Shown here one piece after another: positions 30,363 through 39,312 of a DNA stretch of 64,000 nucleotides. Origin of the DNA: a virus (taxonomy: Duplodnaviria; Caudoviricetes); IMG/VR virus record IMGVR_UViG_3300036823_000091, positions 489 to 64,488 of that record. The stretch is one strand, 5' to 3'. The notes beneath the pieces are model-generated. The model had not been told where the DNA came from. It ran no database searches and saw nothing but the letters and a program-made list of their open reading frames with translations. A program made the translations under genes and the position numbers. Numbering within the stretch: position 1 is the stretch's first letter; the number at the start of each line of letters is the position of its first letter.

Positions 30363-30755
30363 CTAGTCCATCCATTCAATATGCGCATTGGGTTGACCTG
30401 AAGCATCAGGATAACAATGGATTTGCCGTAGCTGATCAATGCTCTTGTAGTACCCATTGGTTTCAGTCTTGAGCCAGAACAAGTGACAGGTGCCATCGGG
30501 CCATTGAACGCCCACTGCGATTTCACCAGTCCCAGAGATTCCGGTGATATCAGTAGACCTCACAAGCTTGAAGCGTGAAAATGTCTCTTTAGGCTGTACA
30601 GTGTTATCGTTCATGGTATGTGCTACCTTTCTTTGAGCCTGAACAACATTAATAGAAGACTCTTCACCAAAGCTCATGGTGATATTTTGACCTTCCCCTA
30701 TGCACTGCCCTATCACATGCCCTCTATTTGTGATGTTAAATTTGTTGCTATCCAT
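30363..30755 (-). CDS. Conserved phage hypothetical protein
   Basis: F.LVR..D.TGISGTG..A.GVQW.DG motif. Confidence 0.65.
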   Translation of the reverse strand: MDSNKFNITNRGHVIGQCIGEGQNITMSFGEESSINVVQAQRKVAHTMNDNTVQPKETFSRFKLVRSTDITGISGTGEIAVGVQWPDGTCHLFWLKTETNGYYKSIDQLRQIHCYPDASGQPNAHIEWMD

Positions 30756-30763
30756 TACTTACC

Positions 30764-31510
30764 TCATTCTGGATAATTGGCTCTAACTCGTCCAATTACC
30801 TCATCATAATACTCTTGATCGAACTTCCATCCTTGTGCTTCAGAAAAGCTATCCACACGATAAGACAACTCATCTAGGCTATAAGAGTGAGCCATTCCGT
30901 ATCTATCTTGAAGCCACTCAACAAAAGCTGTCAAAGCTTCTGCTGGATAGATGTTATTTCCGCGTGTCGATCTCTGGAGGTCCTGGATTTGCTTTAACTT
31001 ATCAATTGAGAGGTCGAGATCAGTGTCGTTAATGGTGGTCTTGATACGGTTATCGTCTAGCTTCTTGAGGTCAGGTTTTTGTTGTCCACAGCAGGGACAA
31101 CACTCTACTACTTCAGCATGAGCCACTATATCCATAACAGGAGCATACGCCCACAGAATCGCTCTAGACCAATCTTTAACATCAATGTCAATCACTCTCA
31201 CATGATAGATATGATCAATGCTTTCACCTGTATCAGCATCAGTGAGCTTAGTAGATGCTCCAATACCACCATCATTCTGGATACGAACTCCGCGGGGTCG
31301 TTTAGGAGGTTCTTGCTCTATTTCTTTTGCGTAACCTTCTAATTTTTGCCCTACTGCCTCTCTTATTTCCTTTGAAGGTAGCGTATCTCCATGATCAATT
31401 ATATATGTCTTTTTGTCTTCCCAATAGCTGATATGCGTCTCCATATCAGGGAAGTCTCTCTTAAGCTTCTCCTCAATGAGCTTTGCTGTATGCTCGTTAT
31501 GCTTGCTCAT
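30764..31510 (-). CDS. Hypothetical protein
   Basis: 248-aa ORF with CPCC. Confidence 0.6.
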   Translation of the reverse strand: MSKHNEHTAKLIEEKLKRDFPDMETHISYWEDKKTYIIDHGDTLPSKEIREAVGQKLEGYAKEIEQEPPKRPRGVRIQNDGGIGASTKLTDADTGESIDHIYHVRVIDIDVKDWSRAILWAYAPVMDIVAHAEVVECCPCCGQQKPDLKKLDDNRIKTTINDTDLDLSIDKLKQIQDLQRSTRGNNIYPAEALTAFVEWLQDRYGMAHSYSLDELSYRVDSFSEAQGWKFDQEYYDEVIGRVRANYPE

Positions 31511-31700
31511 CTATCACTACCTCACCACTTCTCTTGAGTGCATCCTTCAGCTTCTCTTCCCCATCATACACACAAACCTCATCATCTTTGTCTACATACG
31601 CTACTTTCCCCTTCTCGAACACCACGCCTTCATACTCATACTTCTGAAGCTTCCCAAATCCGGTTGGACGTTCAGTGTGAGTGATCTTGATCTGTTTCAT
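31497..31700 (-). CDS. Hypothetical protein
   Basis: GAGGT RBS directly after terminator copy A. Confidence 0.55.
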   Translation of the reverse strand: MKQIKITHTERPTGFGKLQKYEYEGVVFEKGKVAYVDKDDEVCVYDGEEKLKDALKRSGEVVIDEQA

Positions 31701-31714
31701 GAGTTACCTCACAT

Positions 31715-31781
31715 AAAAATAGCATCCCCAAATACCAGCTACACTGGTAAAGAGATGCCTGACGCTTTTCGCGTTGTCTAA
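31715..31781 (-). terminator. Intrinsic terminator preceded by the AGAY-stem-loop-CRGG motif (copy A)
   Basis: TTAGAC A ACGC-GAAAA-GCGT CAGGCATCTC..TACCAG-TGTAG-CTGGTA..GGGATGCT ATTTTT. Confidence 0.7.
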
Positions 31782-31806
31782 GCACTTGTTATTCCGTTGT
31801 TAGTTA

Positions 31807-32082
31807 CTACTTGTCATAATTAGAAGGAGCTGCATAACGCATGTCTTGCCTTCTATTGGGCTTGGCTCTTTTACGTGCCTTGTCTGTTACTGAGAAACCT
31901 TTTGTTCCAAGACGTATCCCGTAACCGTCATCTTGAAATTTAAATTCAATCCTGCCATGTCCACCTGATTGAGCTATTAATTGCTTCTTAGCTTTATAAT
32001 AAGCCCATATCTCTAAATCCTCTTCATCTATCATTTCAGGCATGGATATCTTACTTGTTATGTTATCCATGATTATGTCCAT
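31807..32082 (-). CDS. Small protein with DUF2292/YezD-like core and basic tail, candidate antiterminator
   Basis: GGHGRIEFKFQDDG resembles the DUF2292 G.V.I..QDG pattern (by eye). It has its own promoter and sits just before motif copy A. Confidence 0.5.
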   Translation of the reverse strand: MDIIMDNITSKISMPEMIDEEDLEIWAYYKAKKQLIAQSGGHGRIEFKFQDDGYGIRLGTKGFSVTDKARKRAKPNRRQDMRYAAPSNYDK

Positions 32083-32115
32083 TTTGTATATCTAAAAGGA
32101 CAATGTTATGGAGAT

Positions 32116-32144
32116 AGAGTACCACGTGAACAACACAAAATCAA
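32116..32144 (-). promoter_or_regulatory. Sigma70-type promoter
   Basis: TTGATT-17 nt-TACTCT with extended TG, same -35 as the promoter at 24105-24133. Confidence 0.55.
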
Positions 32145-32238
32145 GATGACCAAACAACATACTGCCAGCCATCTTGATTTTTGATCATGATGATTATTTG
32201 AGACAGTCAACACACAACCTGTATGTCTTGTCGGTATC

Positions 32239-32536
32239 TGGCAAGGATTCGTTCCTACAACAGCCATATGAGACCGAGAAGCCTGTAAAATTGCAGGTGC
32301 CGTTGATAATCACTCATACATGCGAAGAAGCCCTTGATGGATTGCACAGGCAGATAGAAATCTGTCGGCAGAAATTGCAGCTAAGTTGCTTTAGTCGCAG
32401 TGTATTTCAAGTATTGTATGAAAACTCACGTAATACTAGCAACGGTTTTTAGCTGTTAATAGAAGTTCTTTTATATCTATCATGTGAGAGCAGTTTTACG
32501 GGCCAATATGGCTGTCCTGGGAAGGAATCCTTGCCA
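32239..32536. mobile_element. 298-bp MITE-like element
   Basis: 31-bp terminal inverted repeats with 4 mismatches (TGGCAAGGATTCsTTCCyA..ACAGCCATAT), no transposase, no clear target duplication. Confidence 0.6.
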
Positions 32537-33456
32537 TAGGCCTTGTCCCCTTCTCCAACCATCTCAGAGATGTGATCAGGAGCAGGCATGCTACAACAAT
32601 GACAAACTGGAATCTCGAATAGTTTGAACTTGCCAGGAATTTGCACAAACGGCATCTCTTTAATATCAGCTAGTTGCAACCCGTATTGTTCCCACACTTT
32701 CCAATCGCCATCATCATGCCAGTCCAGAACATCTACAAGATTGCATTGCCCAGCTACACCTCCAGAAACATAGTCAGCTTTGTTCTTTGGCATGAGCCCG
32801 TAAATCTTCCTAGCGTCGTCATCACCGATCATACGACTAAAGGCGTGCCATACAGATGATGAAGCAAGCTTGCCTTTCTCAAAGAACTCACTATCAAAGC
32901 TTCCAGCTCTCAAGAAGATAGACCCTCTGTACTTCGTTGTCCAAGTGCGATTCTCTATAAGCTTGGGAGGTATGCCATGTTCCTGGAGTAGCTTGCCATT
33001 CATGATTATCCAGTACCAGGGCTCCATTATAGAGATACAGAAACCCATTCCTGGAGATGGTGTAATTCCAGGATGGACAACCTCTACATCTGGCATTGCG
33101 CCTTTAAGCAAGTCAACTATGACCTTACGGTGACAAAGCTCAAATTCAGGACAACCACAGAGTATGATGATATCATGTCCTTCATTAAGATACTGTGTCA
33201 AGCCTTTAATGCCTGTAACGGGATTAGCTAGCCTAATAGGACCTCCATTGCTATAATTGACGTTTCCTAAGAATTTACCTGCAAACCTATATCTCTCTCC
33301 ATATTTGGCTTGCAAGCTTTCTTTGCGCCATTCTGGAGTGTTACGAGACCATGGCGTGTAGCGTGTATCTATCAGGAGTGTCTTACTATCCTGCATGAGT
33401 TGTTCAACTTGGCTACCTGCTCTAGATCGGTAGCCTACCGGGTAGATTCTGGGCAT
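32449..33456 (-). CDS. DUF488-like plus ASCH domain fusion, C terminus disrupted by the MITE-like element
   Basis: LIDTR..PWS, LGN, C.....CHR (DUF488). ISIMEPW..I...K.IENRTW.T.YRG (ASCH). Confidence 0.75.
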   Translation of the reverse strand: MPRIYPVGYRSRAGSQVEQLMQDSKTLLIDTRYTPWSRNTPEWRKESLQAKYGERYRFAGKFLGNVNYSNGGPIRLANPVTGIKGLTQYLNEGHDIIILCGCPEFELCHRKVIVDLLKGAMPDVEVVHPGITPSPGMGFCISIMEPWYWIIMNGKLLQEHGIPPKLIENRTWTTKYRGSIFLRAGSFDSEFFEKGKLASSSVWHAFSRMIGDDDARKIYGLMPKNKADYVSGGVAGQCNLVDVLDWHDDGDWKVWEQYGLQLADIKEMPFVQIPGKFKLFEIPVCHCCSMPAPDHISEMVGEGDKAYGKDSFPGQPYWPVKLLSHDRYKRTSINS

Positions 33457-33465
33457 ATTCCCTCC

Positions 33466-34338
33466 TTAGAACAGTGTAGCTATCTGGTTTTCCCGTCTCA
33501 TCTTTTGTTGATACACCGAATCAACCGGATGATATGAGTTGCTCATCACAAAATCAGGGAACTCTATCCACTGTCTACCGTCAAGTTCTGGAGTTGAGAT
33601 CTTCTTCCCATCAGTACCTAGGGATTGCTTGAAGAAGAATTTGCATCCATGATACTGACAAAGATCTCTGAGATGCCTCATCCAATCCAGGCTCATTGGG
33701 CGTGCTCCATGACCTGACTCACATCCTCCAATAATCCAAGAGATACCCATCAGATCAAGTCCAGATGGATGCCCTAGAGCAGGCTCGTAACTTACGAATG
33801 TGATAGGGATACCTGCCATATCCTTAGCTTTCCTGAGATGCGAGATGCGCCCACGCTGTGCATAAGACTCACAAGTGACTCCAGCCCATATATGAGAGGG
33901 CCATTGACGTTCCCCTGTCTCCTCCTCAATCACATCTAGCAGTTGAGGCAACATGAGGAGCATTCTATTAGCTCTCTTTGTGAGGAGCTGATAGATATGC
34001 CAGTTACCCCTACACATCATCCTAAACATATCTAACACAAAATCAACCGGAATATCTTCATGACACCAATCTGACATGCTATTCACAAAGTACGCTCTAT
34101 GTTTCTGTTGCTTCAGAGGATAGTCGAGACGCTCAGGCCATAGCCTCAAGTCAAATCCTTGCTCATAGGGATGTCCCTTAGTACCCCTAAAACGTTCTGC
34201 TAACACTTCTGCATAACATCTATCGCATCCAGGTGATATTTTGTCACATCCCGTTACTGAATTAATCGACTCTCCAATGAACTGGAGACCATTTGAATCG
34301 ACTACATGAGTCCATTCAATCTTAGTCTTCCCTGGCAT
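33466..34338 (-). CDS. DUF5131 (phage Gp37/Gp68) three-Cys radical-SAM-like protein
   Basis: TKIEW, GCDKISPGCDRCYA, FVNSMSD..H, LLTKR, SYEP, WII.G.ESG, FFFKQ. Confidence 0.92.
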   Translation of the reverse strand: MPGKTKIEWTHVVDSNGLQFIGESINSVTGCDKISPGCDRCYAEVLAERFRGTKGHPYEQGFDLRLWPERLDYPLKQQKHRAYFVNSMSDWCHEDIPVDFVLDMFRMMCRGNWHIYQLLTKRANRMLLMLPQLLDVIEEETGERQWPSHIWAGVTCESYAQRGRISHLRKAKDMAGIPITFVSYEPALGHPSGLDLMGISWIIGGCESGHGARPMSLDWMRHLRDLCQYHGCKFFFKQSLGTDGKKISTPELDGRQWIEFPDFVMSNSYHPVDSVYQQKMRRENQIATLF

Positions 34339-34543
34339 TTAAGTCTTCTCCTATGACTATCTCACGCACTAACGCCTTATTTCCATCCACAAAATGTGCA
34401 TACTCTCCACTACTAAGCAAGATGCACAACCATTGTGAATCAGAACTTGAGTAGCGATACTCTGATTTTACAGCCCGTACTCCATCTTGATCCATGAAGA
34501 TAGCGCCTTTACGCAGATCATCTAGAGTTGTCCATTCAGGCAT
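34322..34543 (-). CDS. Hypothetical protein
   Basis: AAGGAG RBS. Confidence 0.5.
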   Translation of the reverse strand: MPEWTTLDDLRKGAIFMDQDGVRAVKSEYRYSSSDSQWLCILLSSGEYAHFVDGNKALVREIVIGEDLNARED

Positions 34544-34662
34544 GTTTTGTTTCTCCTTTCAATCTAGCAATCTCCCTTGCAAGGAGATCATTCACAAACC
34601 TACTTCTGTCCCCATCTGGAAGACTGTCAATAAATTCAGCAAGCTTTCGATCAAGAGAAATT

Positions 34663-34920
34663 TCAAGTTTCTTCATGCTTCTTGCTTCTCCATTCAACGT
34701 ATTGAGGATGCTGTTTAATGTAATCCTCTACAAACTTGCTACGCACTCCAGATTTCATTGACCTTAAGAAGTCTGCCACATCCATATCAAATGTCATATC
34801 AATATGAACTTTACTTTTACCTCCTGATGGCCTGCCTCTTCCCCTTTTCTCAGGTTGCTCACTCAAGAATCGCCTCCAGATTTCTATCTCGCAATCAAGA
34901 ACTCTTCCGATTTTTCCCAC
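34663..34920 (-). CDS. AT-hook/ribbon-helix-helix DNA-binding protein
   Basis: RGRGRP followed by VHIDMTFDMDV..FL...RSKFVE..I. Confidence 0.6.
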   Translation of the reverse strand: MGKIGRVLDCEIEIWRRFLSEQPEKRGRGRPSGGKSKVHIDMTFDMDVADFLRSMKSGVRSKFVEDYIKQHPQYVEWRSKKHEET

Positions 34921-35324
34921 ATCGCTACATCTAACATTTCCCCTGCCTTTGTGCGAAGCATGCCATCTTCTTCGCGGTAGATCTCAATGCAGAGGCTTGT
35001 CCATCCTGAGAAAAGATTGATGCAAGAGCCAACGGAATCCCGCTGCCATTCCATTTCCCCTGTGCAGAGAAAGTTGATATTGTAACCTAGCTCTTTAAGC
35101 CAGATCTCGATTGGAGAGTTGCACTGATCGCCGATCTCAAATTTTCGACCATGTTTACGGATGATTTTGCGTAGCCATTTCTGGAAGTCACCCGCTGTAA
35201 GTTTCATTAGCTTAGCGGGTGTCTCTTGTTCCATAAAGAGATTTGCATTGATAGCGGGAGGTGGAACGATTTCACGGATTGACTTTACCGCTACGACTTC
35301 TTGGATGCTCATAAGTGCTGGCAT
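34884..35324 (-). CDS. Hypothetical protein
   Basis: GAAAGGA RBS, first gene after a promoter. Confidence 0.55.
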   Translation of the reverse strand: MPALMSIQEVVAVKSIREIVPPPAINANLFMEQETPAKLMKLTAGDFQKWLRKIIRKHGRKFEIGDQCNSPIEIWLKELGYNINFLCTGEMEWQRDSVGSCINLFSGWTSLCIEIYREEDGMLRTKAGEMLDVAMWEKSEEFLIAR

Positions 35325-35365
35325 TTGATTTGTCCTTTCAATCTATGGTTTTCTCATCTACAAGA

Positions 35366-35394
35366 ATTATAATACATATGTATTTAAAATGCAA
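35366..35394 (-). promoter_or_regulatory. Sigma70 promoter with palindromic operator
   Basis: TTGCAT-17-TATAAT, palindrome AATACATATGTATT over the spacer. Confidence 0.7.
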
Positions 35395-35484
35395 GTAGTT
35401 TAGAGACCAATTTCCAGACAAACAAAAAAGACAGCTCAGACCGTGTATGTCCAAGCTGTCCAAGGAGAAAAAGAAAGGCAAACG

Positions 35485-35928
35485 CTAGGGAGCTGTCTGT
35501 TGCGTTGCCTCTTGCGTTGGCTGTACTGGAGCTGTCTCTTGAGTTGCTAATGGCTGTGTATCCCCAAGATGTGCTCCGAGATACTGAGGTACCACTACTT
35601 GCTCTTGTGTCTGTTGTGGAGCAGGTACAACAGGTTCCATCTTCTTCTCATAGTTATTAACAATATCTAATCCAAGGTGTCTAAAAACGTCATTGAAGAT
35701 AAGTTCTGCTTCTGTTTCAATACCCTTAAAACAGTGCTGTATAACTATCCACTCTTTACGAGCATCAAATACAGCTTTTTCAATGAGAGACTTGTCTTGT
35801 GTAGCTTTAGCAGCTTCAGCGTGAGCTTTGAACTTCTCAATCCTGTCTGCAGCTACTTGAAGTTGATCATTCATATCTGGAGAAACCCCTGTTAAAATTT
35901 TATGAAGATATGATATCATACTCTGCAT
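35485..35928 (-). CDS. Hypothetical protein with Gln/Pro-rich tail
   Basis: Followed by a hairpin and U-tract terminator at about 35424-35461. Confidence 0.5.
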   Translation of the reverse strand: MQSMISYLHKILTGVSPDMNDQLQVAADRIEKFKAHAEAAKATQDKSLIEKAVFDARKEWIVIQHCFKGIETEAELIFNDVFRHLGLDIVNNYEKKMEPVVPAPQQTQEQVVVPQYLGAHLGDTQPLATQETAPVQPTQEATQQTAP

Positions 35929-36252
35929 ATGTCCGAAAGACCTTTGTGGGAATTGATAATAATTCTCATTTTTATCATACTAAGCAAAAGGAGCAAGTCA
36001 GTCTTGATCACCTACCAACTACAGCACAAGTCGAACAGAAGATACACCGTATGCCAGACGTGTAAATATGATCTATACTCACCATATCACGATATGTATC
36101 ATCACATATACGAATTGAAGCAAATAGCCAAGCTTAGCAATATACAGATAATAGATACTGATAAGTCAATTATAGTGGAAAGTGAATATCAAGGGAAGAA
36201 GTATAGAGGAGTGATGTATCCTGTGAAAGAGGAGGATAATGATGTACAATGA
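35929..36252 (+). CDS. Hypothetical protein (start uncertain)
   Basis: Coupled (ATGA) to the next ORF. Confidence 0.35.
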   Translation: MSERPLWELIIILIFIILSKRSKSVLITYQLQHKSNRRYTVCQTCKYDLYSPYHDMYHHIYELKQIAKLSNIQIIDTDKSIIVESEYQGKKYRGVMYPVKEEDNDVQ

Positions 36253-36461
36253 GTGATGAACTTATTATTAGGCATAGAATATATCACAGGCAAAAGCTAT
36301 GGTGGATAGGCAAAGTCATTATTATAAACAACAAAAAGTGTTTTATGCCTTACACTGATATTTATAGTCCCACAGGATATGGCTATAAAGACAGAGAAAT
36401 AGCGAAGAAAGTCGCTAAAGGTCTACAAGAAGCGATAGAGAAGCGAAGGATGAAATGCTGA
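36249..36461 (+). CDS. Hypothetical protein
   Basis: GAGGAGG upstream. Confidence 0.45.
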   Translation: MSDELIIRHRIYHRQKLWWIGKVIIINNKKCFMPYTDIYSPTGYGYKDREIAKKVAKGLQEAIEKRRMKC

Positions 36462-36557
36462 CTAATTCATATCCTCCATAAAATGCTGCTTCAATATCTT
36501 CTAAGGACAATCTCTTGAAAGATGAGAGACTGTCCTCTGTTATGGCAGGTAGGTTAT

Positions 36558-36833
36558 TTATTCCTCTTCCTCACTTTCATCATCATCTTCATCGTCATCA
36601 TCAATCCAATTGGAACGAATAAATTCTTCCCCATTTAGAATATCTTCCCATTTCCTAATGTTTGCATACTCATCCATATTTTTGCAGTAATCTCCTAAGA
36701 AACTAGGCATACCATCAAGAATATCAACAACCTTCTGATATGCTATATTCAGCTCTTGCAATTCTTCTTTGCTGAGGACTGCACTACCGTCTTCATTTCT
36801 GATCATGGTTTCTCTCTTTCTTTTTTGCTGCAT
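36558..36833 (-). CDS. Hypothetical acidic protein
   Basis: Downstream of the Xis-like gene. Confidence 0.45.
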   Translation of the reverse strand: MQQKRKRETMIRNEDGSAVLSKEELQELNIAYQKVVDILDGMPSFLGDYCKNMDEYANIRKWEDILNGEEFIRSNWIDDDDEDDDESEEEE

Positions 36834-37011
36834 ATGCCTCTATATCAATACGATTATATAAATTGCATCTATCATGCATCTTCACAGAGCGGACGTTCTT
36901 AATCTGATGGATATAGTCAACCCGTATCGGGCGGCCTAATTCTGCTGATAAAAAGCACGCCGCTTGGCTAGCAGGAATATAGTCTGAAAGTGCTGTGATT
37001 TTTTTTGGCAT
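36793..37011 (-). CDS. Excisionase-like winged-HTH protein
   Basis: YIPASQAA..LS...GRPI..DY..., similar to 46671-46958, divergent from the recombinase operon. Confidence 0.6.
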   Translation of the reverse strand: MPKKITALSDYIPASQAACFLSAELGRPIRVDYIHQIKNVRSVKMHDRCNLYNRIDIEAYAAKKKERNHDQK

Positions 37012-37154
37012 CTTTCACCTTGTATCAATGTTCTCTTGTCATGATTATATCACCAAATATTCTCTTACAAAAGCTTGCTTTTTTCGCTTATGTAAGATAA
37101 AATTGTAGAGTATAGATACCGATACTTTAACAATATAGGAAGGAAAATCCAGCC

Positions 37155-37781
37155 ATGCATCGACTTATTGCACCACCGTTTTTAGACCCAAGACTGATGA
37201 ACACCAGTCAACAAGAGGCAAGTGTCATTAATAGTTCATCTGTTTGTATTGGAGATCAAGTATTTCATTTAGCTAATCCTGAAGAAATTGCCCTCCAATC
37301 ATCGCAAAAAGTGTTTATTTTACTGTTTCAGCATTTCTATCTTGAAACTGAAGAAGAGCAAAAACAGAAGAGACGTCAAGTAGAGGAAAGACAGCAAAGA
37401 GAAAAGGAAGAGACGAAAGTTCAGCTTAACAAATGGAGAGAGGAAGCAGAAGCATTTAATGCTCATATCTGTATTCCAGTGAAATGGGTTCCAGGCTATA
37501 AAGATGTCCTTTCCGGTCTTACAGAAAATAGCTGGGGGAATGGACGCAACAAAGCAACGGTTAACCATATCTTGTTACAAGAAGACTTAGATGATGGTAG
37601 ATTGCATCGCAAGCAAGGAGACTTTCTTTGCTCCTCATCAGAAAAACAAAATGGAAAGCGATGGCACCCTTGGAATTGTGAAGACCCTATGAGTCTTGCT
37701 TATGATGGCAATGGAAGTGAATATCAGGGGAAGATAACCTGTAAATCTTGTCTACAGATAGCAAAGAGATGGGAGAGATAG
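37155..37781 (+). CDS. Hypothetical protein
   Basis: 208 aa, upstream promoter TTGCTT-17-TAAAAT at 37075-37103. Confidence 0.6.
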   Translation: MHRLIAPPFLDPRLMNTSQQEASVINSSSVCIGDQVFHLANPEEIALQSSQKVFILLFQHFYLETEEEQKQKRRQVEERQQREKEETKVQLNKWREEAEAFNAHICIPVKWVPGYKDVLSGLTENSWGNGRNKATVNHILLQEDLDDGRLHRKQGDFLCSSSEKQNGKRWHPWNCEDPMSLAYDGNGSEYQGKITCKSCLQIAKRWER

Positions 37782-37785
37782 CATA

Positions 37786-38778
37786 ATGGATATTATACCT
37801 ATACCATCACAGCCTCTCTCAGTAGGACAACTAGCAAATGAATATGCTGCTTCAAATGTCTTTAACGACTACAAGCAAAAGCTAGCTGATAACACACTCA
37901 AGAGACAACAAGATGATATCAAGCTGTTTTCTGCTTTCCTCAAGAATATAGGCATGCAGAGAGACAATTTGATGTCTGATCCTACAGAATGGCAAGGTAT
38001 CACCTTTGGTCTTGTAGAAGCTTTCAAGAGATGGCAGTTAGATCAGGGATATGCTATTGCTTCTATAAACGCACATTTGTCTAGTGTGAAAGTATATGCA
38101 AGCCTAGCAACTACGTCAGGAGCTATCTCAGCAGAAGATTATGCAATGATAAAGATGGTAAAGAGTTACAGACATAAGGAAGGAAGAAATGTAGATACTA
38201 AACGAGAGGTAGCACGTGTTGGCAGCAAGAAAGCCGATGCGGTGTCTCTCACACAGGAGCAAGCCAAACAGCTTAAGAGTCAACCAAACACGGCACAGGG
38301 ACGACGTGACACGTTTCTGATGTGTTTGCTCTTAGATCATGGCCTTCGATGTGGTGAAGTAGCAGGATTGTCCCCTAAATGCCTCAATCTCGCAGAAGGA
38401 ACGCTTATCTTCTATCGGCAAAAGGTAGATAAGACGCAAATTCATAAGCTGACCAGGGATACACTCCTGGCCGCCATGCGTTATCTAGAGATCTGCAAAC
38501 CAAGGGAGTATCTACTAATGGGTAGTAGGAAAGGCGGTAACCTGGAAGGTAGAATGAGTGAACGTGCTATCACTGATCGCGTGAGAGAGCTGGGTGAGAG
38601 AATAGGAATTAAGGGACTCTCAGCTCATGATTGTAGACACGATTGGGCTAAAGATGCTATCAAGAATACAGACATCAAATCTCTACAACAAGCTGGAGGA
38701 TGGAGCAGTTCAGCTATGCCACTACGGTATGCCGATGATGCTAAGATTGCCAATGAAGGCGTAAATTTATCTAGATAG
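37786..38778 (+). CDS. Tyrosine recombinase/integrase
   Basis: Catalytic residues GLR, K, HDCRH, GGW, RY. Confidence 0.92.
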   Translation: MDIIPIPSQPLSVGQLANEYAASNVFNDYKQKLADNTLKRQQDDIKLFSAFLKNIGMQRDNLMSDPTEWQGITFGLVEAFKRWQLDQGYAIASINAHLSSVKVYASLATTSGAISAEDYAMIKMVKSYRHKEGRNVDTKREVARVGSKKADAVSLTQEQAKQLKSQPNTAQGRRDTFLMCLLLDHGLRCGEVAGLSPKCLNLAEGTLIFYRQKVDKTQIHKLTRDTLLAAMRYLEICKPREYLLMGSRKGGNLEGRMSERAITDRVRELGERIGIKGLSAHDCRHDWAKDAIKNTDIKSLQQAGGWSSSAMPLRYADDAKIANEGVNLSR

Positions 38779-38790
38779 AAAGGAATCACA

Positions 38791-39312
38791 ATGCCAACAA
38801 CCCTACAAGACCTACGCAAAGCCAAGTATCCTACCATCAAAGCTTTTGCTGCATCATGGGGATACTCTACTTCAAAAGCCTCATATCTCCTAAGAGGCAA
38901 GTATCAGTACACTATAACCAAAGAAGAAGTACAAAAGCTAGCTGATATTCTTGAAGTATCATTTGATCAAGTTGTAGATGCTGCGAACAATACCTATATG
39001 GAGGATAGAGACTTTGTTCTTGACCGTGATTGGAAGCTGAAAGATCGATGGGTACATCAAGAAAAGATCTATGAAGAGGCACGCAAATGGAGTGAGAGCA
39101 GAGATAGAGGACACTTCTACACCATAAATCTTCCATGGCGTGATACTTTCAGCTTCCTAGGACTAACCTCCAGCGCTACGGAAGCTGAGATCAAGCACGC
39201 TTTTCGTGATAAAGTACGTGAGATGGCAGACGGAAAAGGAGGATACAATGGGGATATGGATAAACTTGTGCAAGCAAAAGAGAAGGCTCTAGCACATGCG
39301 AGGAAAGTATGA
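38791..39312 (+). CDS. XRE-HTH plus degenerate J-domain protein
   Basis: N-terminal HTH. C terminus LGL.SSAT..EIK.AFR....MADGKGG..M..L..A.E. Confidence 0.6.
   Translation: MPTTLQDLRKAKYPTIKAFAASWGYSTSKASYLLRGKYQYTITKEEVQKLADILEVSFDQVVDAANNTYMEDRDFVLDRDWKLKDRWVHQEKIYEEARKWSESRDRGHFYTINLPWRDTFSFLGLTSSATEAEIKHAFRDKVREMADGKGGYNGDMDKLVQAKEKALAHARKV

Noticed and set aside
39256-39267. 12-nt match (ATGGATAAACTT) to the TnpB guide
   Set aside because: It misses the three TAM-proximal guide bases and has no TTGAC upstream, so it is probably chance.
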